A DNA stretch of 64,000 nucleotides from an uncultured Candidatus Saccharibacteria bacterium (lineage in GTDB: Bacteria > Patescibacteriota > CAZHWT01): positions 113,232 through 177,231 of the forward strand of contig CAZQWH010000002.1 of NCBI GenBank assembly GCA_964597145.1, read 5' to 3'. Of this stretch, positions 58,882 through 64,000 are shown one piece after another. The stretch's first letter is position 1. Every line of letters starts with the position of its first letter. Below the pieces are notes generated by a model. It did no database searches and was not told the DNA's origin. It worked only from the letters and a program-made list of their open reading frames with translations. Position numbers and translations under genes: made by a program.

Positions 58882-59115
58882 GTGGTAGACCGTGAATTAA
58901 TTGGCGCGCATCGCCTTATCCCGGGTAATGGGGCACCGCAGGTCAGGCAGGTGGTTAGCCAGCCCATCCTTGGTGGAGCCGGTTACCTCAGCACCTCTCG
59001 AGTTCGTTTCAACGAACACCAATTCACCTCTCCCGCCACCAGCAAGAGCTCTGGCCAAAGCCTCTGGGGCCGGATCAACGAATTGACTTCACGGGTTCGC
59101 TCCAAGAGAGCATAA
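58882..59115 (+). CDS. Hypothetical protein
   Basis: AAGGAG SD, GTG start, TGATATACT extended -10, hairpin about 59157-59188. Confidence 0.5.
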   Translation: MVDRELIGAHRLIPGNGAPQVRQVVSQPILGGAGYLSTSRVRFNEHQFTSPATSKSSGQSLWGRINELTSRVRSKRA

Positions 59116-59262
59116 CCATAACCGCTTGTATAGAGGTAAAGAGAGGCACTTTGTGGGCGGAGCGCCGTGTGTATTCACACGCTCCGCCTTAATAGTTTCT
59201 ATATACATTCCCTGACTCGCAATTTACAGACTTAAATGACGGCAGGGAAGAGGAGTGAGGGC

Positions 59263-60249
59263 TCAGCTAGCATCCTCTGGTTCATCAGCTGAGGGCTGAC
59301 TATCATCAGATTCGAGGTTACCGCTATGGAACTTGGAATGGACATTTTTGAGCTGGGCATTTGTAACATGGGTATAAATTTGTGTCGTAGCAATATTGGA
59401 GTGGCCCAGCATTTCTTGAACACTTCGTAAATCGGCTCCATTAATGAGCAAATCGGTGGCAAAAGAGTGGCGAAGGGTATGGGGGGTGGCCTTAACGGTT
59501 AATCCAGTTAACTTAACATACTTTTCAACCAAACGCTCAATTGAGCGGGGAGTGAGACGTTGGTCTTCCCCATCCTTATCTTTAATATCGTGCTTTTTAC
59601 CTTTATACCTAATAAATAGCGGGACATATCGATCTTTGCGCATCCGCTGATACCGGGCCAACCACTGACAAGCTGACTCAGTCAGGAATACCACCCTAGC
59701 CTTTCTCCCCTTACCTATAATCCCAAATTCTCGCTTCTCCAGATTAATCTGATCACGGTTGAGCCCGGCCAACTCAGCCACTCGCAACCCGGTAGAAAAT
59801 AAGGTTTCTAAAATCGCCCTATCTCTCAGTCCTTCGATCGTAGTCGTGTCTGGCGCTTCCAGTAACTGCTGGAGCTGAGCTTCATCCATGTATTTAAGGG
59901 TGCGATCTTCTTGCTTTCCCAGTTCCACCTGGTCAGGAGGTAAGGTATCATACCCCTTCTTAACTAAATAACGCAGGAAAGCCCGCAAGGCTACCATAAA
60001 ATAGTTCTGCGTCGATTTCTTTAACGGGAACTTGGTTGACTCTGATACATACCGAGCTAAATGCAATCGGTATTGCTTTACCATGTCATAAGATAACTGG
60101 CTGGGCTCGATTAAACCATGTTTATCTTGCAACCATCGAACAAAGTGTTGCAAATAATAATCATACATCCGGACAGTCAACGGCGAAAAGTTTTTTTCTA
60201 ATTCACCATACTCAATAAAATCCGACACAAGTTCGGGTAATGGCTTCAT
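59263..60249 (-). CDS. Xer-family tyrosine recombinase
   Basis: RDRAILETLFSTGLRVAEL, GKGRKAR, HTLRHSFAT, LGHSNIATTQIYT. Confidence 0.93.
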   Translation of the reverse strand: MKPLPELVSDFIEYGELEKNFSPLTVRMYDYYLQHFVRWLQDKHGLIEPSQLSYDMVKQYRLHLARYVSESTKFPLKKSTQNYFMVALRAFLRYLVKKGYDTLPPDQVELGKQEDRTLKYMDEAQLQQLLEAPDTTTIEGLRDRAILETLFSTGLRVAELAGLNRDQINLEKREFGIIGKGRKARVVFLTESACQWLARYQRMRKDRYVPLFIRYKGKKHDIKDKDGEDQRLTPRSIERLVEKYVKLTGLTVKATPHTLRHSFATDLLINGADLRSVQEMLGHSNIATTQIYTHVTNAQLKNVHSKFHSGNLESDDSQPSADEPEDAS

Positions 60250-60705
60250 GCATTCATTATAGCTCAAAAACTAAGCAGCTGTAGGATTTTGGCCAATGCG
60301 TCTTTCAATCTAAACCTAAAAGAGGTAATCTAGGTCATTTAAAATCAAATAATCGCTTTTAGGGGCCCTGCAGGGCTTCGCTAGTTATTTTTACTGCTAC
60401 AAAAGGGAATATTCGATTTTATACCCCTCTTTCTCGCCTAGTTTAAGGCGGTAGGGGGTAGGGCTAGATAGATTAAGCATATTATCTGAAGAAGTTCACT
60501 AAATTTTAGCCAATTTAAACTGGCTATCTCAGCCTAAGCCAGTTTGAGGGGAGAGGTGAAATAAATTCAAGCACAATCAACCAAAACGGGAATAATAAAA
60601 TGAGAGGACATGATAAACCTAGATTTTAACAAATTTTTTGAAATTTTTTACACATGTTTAAACCAGATGTAGATGGCAGGAGAGAGGTTGGCCTGAATAT
60701 ATAAG

Positions 60706-60733
60706 ACGTCGTAAATTGTATATTAGACGACGT
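60706..60733. other. Candidate dif-like recombination site
   Basis: ACGTCGTAAAT-TGTATA-TTAGACGACGT, 11-6-11 geometry, upstream of xer. Confidence 0.4.
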
Positions 60734-61448
60734 TGGAGAGTAAGTCAGGCGCCTCTCTCAACCGTTAATCACCAGCAAAGAGAGAGGCGTTAGAACCAAT
60801 GAATGTACAGTTTTCCTGCGTAAGCGTGGGTAGTACATTGTCTGTTTTGAACTTAAATAACTCAAAAATTTGCCAGTTTGATTAAAAACCTGCCACCCTC
60901 GGGCTCAGCCATTATTTCGCACTCTTTGTCCACCTTATCCCAGATAGCAGCTAATGATAGCCAATTATAGTTAGCAGTCTAGTTGGCTATGCGTTAATCT
61001 TGCCTAATTTTCACCTAAATTCGATTATTTTTCCTTTCATTTTAGCTATAGCTAAAATGAGTATCGAAATTTTTTGAAATTTTAGCGAATTTTTTACCCG
61101 GGTCCAAGCCCACTTCTACCCCAGGGAAGACCTGGTTGCCGTCTTTTAGCTCACCCTCATAGGAGTTATCCACAGCTCGCTTCAAAAACTATATCATTCT
61201 GTATCAAAATAACTACCCTATAGTTTCCATGAAGACTTTCCATTAACCTATAGTATTTTAAATAATGTTATCAATCTCCTACTTTCACCGCTAGTTCTCC
61301 TCTGCTCCTCACCCCTATCATTTCTCCTCTTTCATAGCTATCCCAGTAGATTAAGGCTATTTAAAACGCAACTACCACAACTTTATCGACATACCAGCCC
61401 AACCTGGTCAAATTGAACCATCTATAAATATATATACTTACTATAGGC

Positions 61449-62234
61449 TTACCACTGGGATAGCAGTAGAAAGAACAAAGCCACTACCCCACCCAGCAAT
61501 AGATACTGTCGTTTCACCGCCTGGTTTAATTGCCGCTTTTGCTGCAAATGGAAAATACCTAATATCAAAAAAAGTACCACCGACAAAACTAAACTCGATA
61601 AAAACGAGCTAGGCCAAAACGATACCACAAGCGCCAGCTGCATCAATAACAACGCGCTCAAAACAGACCAGGCTAAACTGCGCTGAAAGCGCAGTTTAGG
61701 GCTTAAACTAACCCAAACTAAAGGCCAACTAATTAACAAGGTGCTCCCCCCTACTGACAAAACCCAATTAAGTAACGATGGTTGGTTGATTAAGGTTAAA
61801 TGGTATAAACCAAAGCTGCCCGCTAAACCCGTCATAGACAAAACGGTACTGGCCGGGCGCGCCAACGGTATCGTTCGGACTGTCGATACATTAATAATAT
61901 TTAAGGTCAGCATAAGGCCATACATACTCAGACCAAATCCAACTGCCGCGACCAAGCTAACACCTATGGTGCTTAGAGTGGTGCTAGCCCAGGCATAAAA
62001 TATAACCGTCGCTAGTACACAGTATAAGGGCAACACGATCCACTCTTCCCGACGCAGGTCGCGATCAAGGCCAAGTATAGCAGCAATGTAAGCAGCACCA
62101 GCCAACACTATTACTCCCCAGTAAAACAATGCTGTCGGCAATTGTAAAGCCAAAAACAGTAGCCCAGTCAGGCCACTAGCCAAATAAACTATTTTAAGCC
62201 GTTTACTAAATAGTGGATATCGATTTGCTTCCAT
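61449..62234 (-). CDS. Multi-pass membrane protein
   Basis: About 8-9 TM segments; LTLNIINVSTVRTIPL loop. Confidence 0.75.
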   Translation of the reverse strand: MEANRYPLFSKRLKIVYLASGLTGLLFLALQLPTALFYWGVIVLAGAAYIAAILGLDRDLRREEWIVLPLYCVLATVIFYAWASTTLSTIGVSLVAAVGFGLSMYGLMLTLNIINVSTVRTIPLARPASTVLSMTGLAGSFGLYHLTLINQPSLLNWVLSVGGSTLLISWPLVWVSLSPKLRFQRSLAWSVLSALLLMQLALVVSFWPSSFLSSLVLSVVLFLILGIFHLQQKRQLNQAVKRQYLLLGGVVALFFLLLSQW

Positions 62235-62258
62235 AATCAAAGGCAAGTTTGCCGTAGT

Positions 62259-62969
62259 CTAGAGTATCGCGTTAGTGGAAACTCGGTTAATATCATCATG
62301 TTCATCTAGTAGCTCAAGCAAGCTAACTAATTTCTGCCGCAGTTCACCATCAACCTCCAATTGGTTGGTTGGTATGGGCTGAATATCAACTTCTGTTTCA
62401 CCATAAATAGCAAGCGCTTGGTTTACCTGGCTTAAAGCATCAATAGCACTAAAAACAACCAGTGTATCATTATCCTGGTCAATATCAGTAGCTCCAGCCT
62501 CAATCGCAGCAAGCGAAATCTCTTCAACGTCTTGACCACGTAATGGCAACTGGATAACAGCTTGGGACTTAAACATCCAAGCTACCGAGCCAGCATCACC
62601 CATGGTACCACCATGTTTATTAAGCAAGCTGCGTACTTCAGCAATCGTACGGTTTCTATTATCAGTCAGGACCTCCATCAAAATCGCTGCCCCACCTGGT
62701 CCATATCCTTCATACAGTACTTCATCAATGGTCTCAGCGGTAGTACTAGACGCCCGATCTATGGCCCGGCCTATATTATCTTTAGGCATGTTAGCTGCCC
62801 GGGCAGCATCGATAGCAATCTTTAAGCGAGGGTTTCCGGCTGGATCGGGCCCACCTGTTTTGGCCGCGACCGTAATCGCCTTAGAGAGTTTAGTAAACTG
62901 CTGGCCACGTTTAGCATCTGCTGCTCCCTTCGCCCGCTTAATTGTTGACCATTTACTATGACCTGACAT
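62259..62969 (-). CDS. yebC: YebC/PmpR family protein
   Basis: MSGHSKWSTIKR, NMPKDNI, YEGYGPGG, TDNRNRT. Confidence 0.96.
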   Translation of the reverse strand: MSGHSKWSTIKRAKGAADAKRGQQFTKLSKAITVAAKTGGPDPAGNPRLKIAIDAARAANMPKDNIGRAIDRASSTTAETIDEVLYEGYGPGGAAILMEVLTDNRNRTIAEVRSLLNKHGGTMGDAGSVAWMFKSQAVIQLPLRGQDVEEISLAAIEAGATDIDQDNDTLVVFSAIDALSQVNQALAIYGETEVDIQPIPTNQLEVDGELRQKLVSLLELLDEHDDINRVSTNAIL

Positions 62970-63261
62970 AATTTGTTACCCTTCGTAAGCTATAGGTGTT
63001 CTACCAATACCGCTATCAGAACCAAGGCTACACAAAATAGCTCAATTAAATATGTGGTAATGTTGACATCAAATACAGCGGCCCTTATTATAGCAAAGAT
63101 TAAATATGGCTACTACTTATACACGCAATGAGCAGAGGCAATTTCAACCCCATTTTCATAGTTTTTCCACACTTGCCCAAATAGTGGCTACTAGGTATAA
63201 TCGCGCCGTTGCCCTATCAATGTACAAGGCTAAAAGCCAGGCAACCGCATAAGGAGTATGA

Positions 63262-64000
63262 ATGAAAACAGTTTTAGAACTTGAAGATTTAGCCAGTAAA
63301 GCCATCAAAGCTGCGCTCAACCAACAATGGCAGCAAGCAGCAGAGATTAACCAAGAAATTCTAGCCGAAATCCCCGATAGCATCGAGTCCAACAATCGTC
63401 TCGCTCGAGCCTATCAAGAGATGGGCCAAATTGAAAATGCCCGCGGAGCATACCAGCGAGTTTTGGAATTAGACCCATACAATACGATTGCTCAAAAAAA
63501 CGTATCTAAGTTAGAGCAAGGCTCCAGCTCGGGATCATCTACTATTGTCAACAAAGAGCTCTTCCTGGAGGAACCAGGAAAAACTCGCAGCGTATCAATC
63601 CACAAGCCCAATCAAAAAAAATTAACCGCCCATTCCTCGGGCGAAGAACTTAGTCTTAAACCCAAAAAGGATATGCTGTCCCTAGTCGCCGCCAACGGCG
63701 ATGTAGTAGGATATGTCGATTCGGTCTTATCTAGCCACCTCATTAAGCTCATCCAACTGGGCAACGAGTACACAGCTTACCTGCTCAATACTTCCGACAA
63801 CCCTCAAGCATTTTTACGTGAGACCAAACAGTCGGCTGCCGGATCAAAGTTTATTTCATTTGCCCGCACCTCACCTATCAGTGGCAATCTAAGTACACCA
63901 AAATCGCTGCGCAAAGTCGACGAAGACTTAGCTCAAGAAGGCAGTCTATCCGATGAGGACTTGGATAATTGGGACGCAGACGACAGCTCAGAAGCCTCAA
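63262..64000 (+). CDS. TPR-containing protein (runs off the window)
   Basis: AAGGAG SD; MKTVLELEDLASKAIKAALNQQW...NRLARAY...YQRVLELDPYN; no stop seen before the window end. Confidence 0.75.
   Translation, partial: MKTVLELEDLASKAIKAALNQQWQQAAEINQEILAEIPDSIESNNRLARAYQEMGQIENARGAYQRVLELDPYNTIAQKNVSKLEQGSSSGSSTIVNKELFLEEPGKTRSVSIHKPNQKKLTAHSSGEELSLKPKKDMLSLVAANGDVVGYVDSVLSSHLIKLIQLGNEYTAYLLNTSDNPQAFLRETKQSAAGSKFISFARTSPISGNLSTPKSLRKVDEDLAQEGSLSDEDLDNWDADDSSEAS

Noticed and set aside
59263-60249. Integron integrase or prophage integrase driving the orphan cassettes
   Set aside because: The protein looks like a chromosomal Xer; no attC-like R/L box pattern was recognised after the orphan genes, and there are no phage structural genes.
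61100-61448. oriC
   Set aside because: Only one perfect DnaA box, no dnaA/dnaN nearby and no visible skew switch.

Overview
Bacterial chromosome segment in genetic code 11 (TGA acts as stop, e.g. in rnc and manC). The gene set points to Patescibacteria/CPR, probably Microgenomates-like (inference). It contains thrS-infC-rpmI-rplT-pheST, manC, murF, two class A PBPs, tyrS, recG, rsmD-rpmF-nusB-acp-rnc-rpsP-khpA, a complete type IV pilus locus, holB-like, gyrB-gyrA, a membrane-anchored Clp-type AAA+ ATPase, rnhB, alkA, a polyprenyl synthase, zur-znuACB, a Xer recombinase and yebC. I recognised no rRNA, tRNA, CRISPR array or transposase. Main non-routine signals: (1) an unannotated attenuator at 16.9-17.2 kb, consisting of a promoter, a 25-aa leader peptide with a FSFYYWF run, a mutually exclusive antiterminator/terminator and a hairpin plus boxA-like site, all in front of an orphan Cys/His protein; (2) a REP-like palindrome inserted in frame in recG; (3) several families of nested palindrome doublets and dispersed REP/MITE-like repeats; (4) about ten orphan mini-genes, each with its own promoter and terminator; (5) an ACP lacking the DSL serine, a Clp ATPase with TM segments and a degenerate first Walker B, and a dif-like site upstream of xer. 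All coordinates and alignments were read by eye and no database searches were run.
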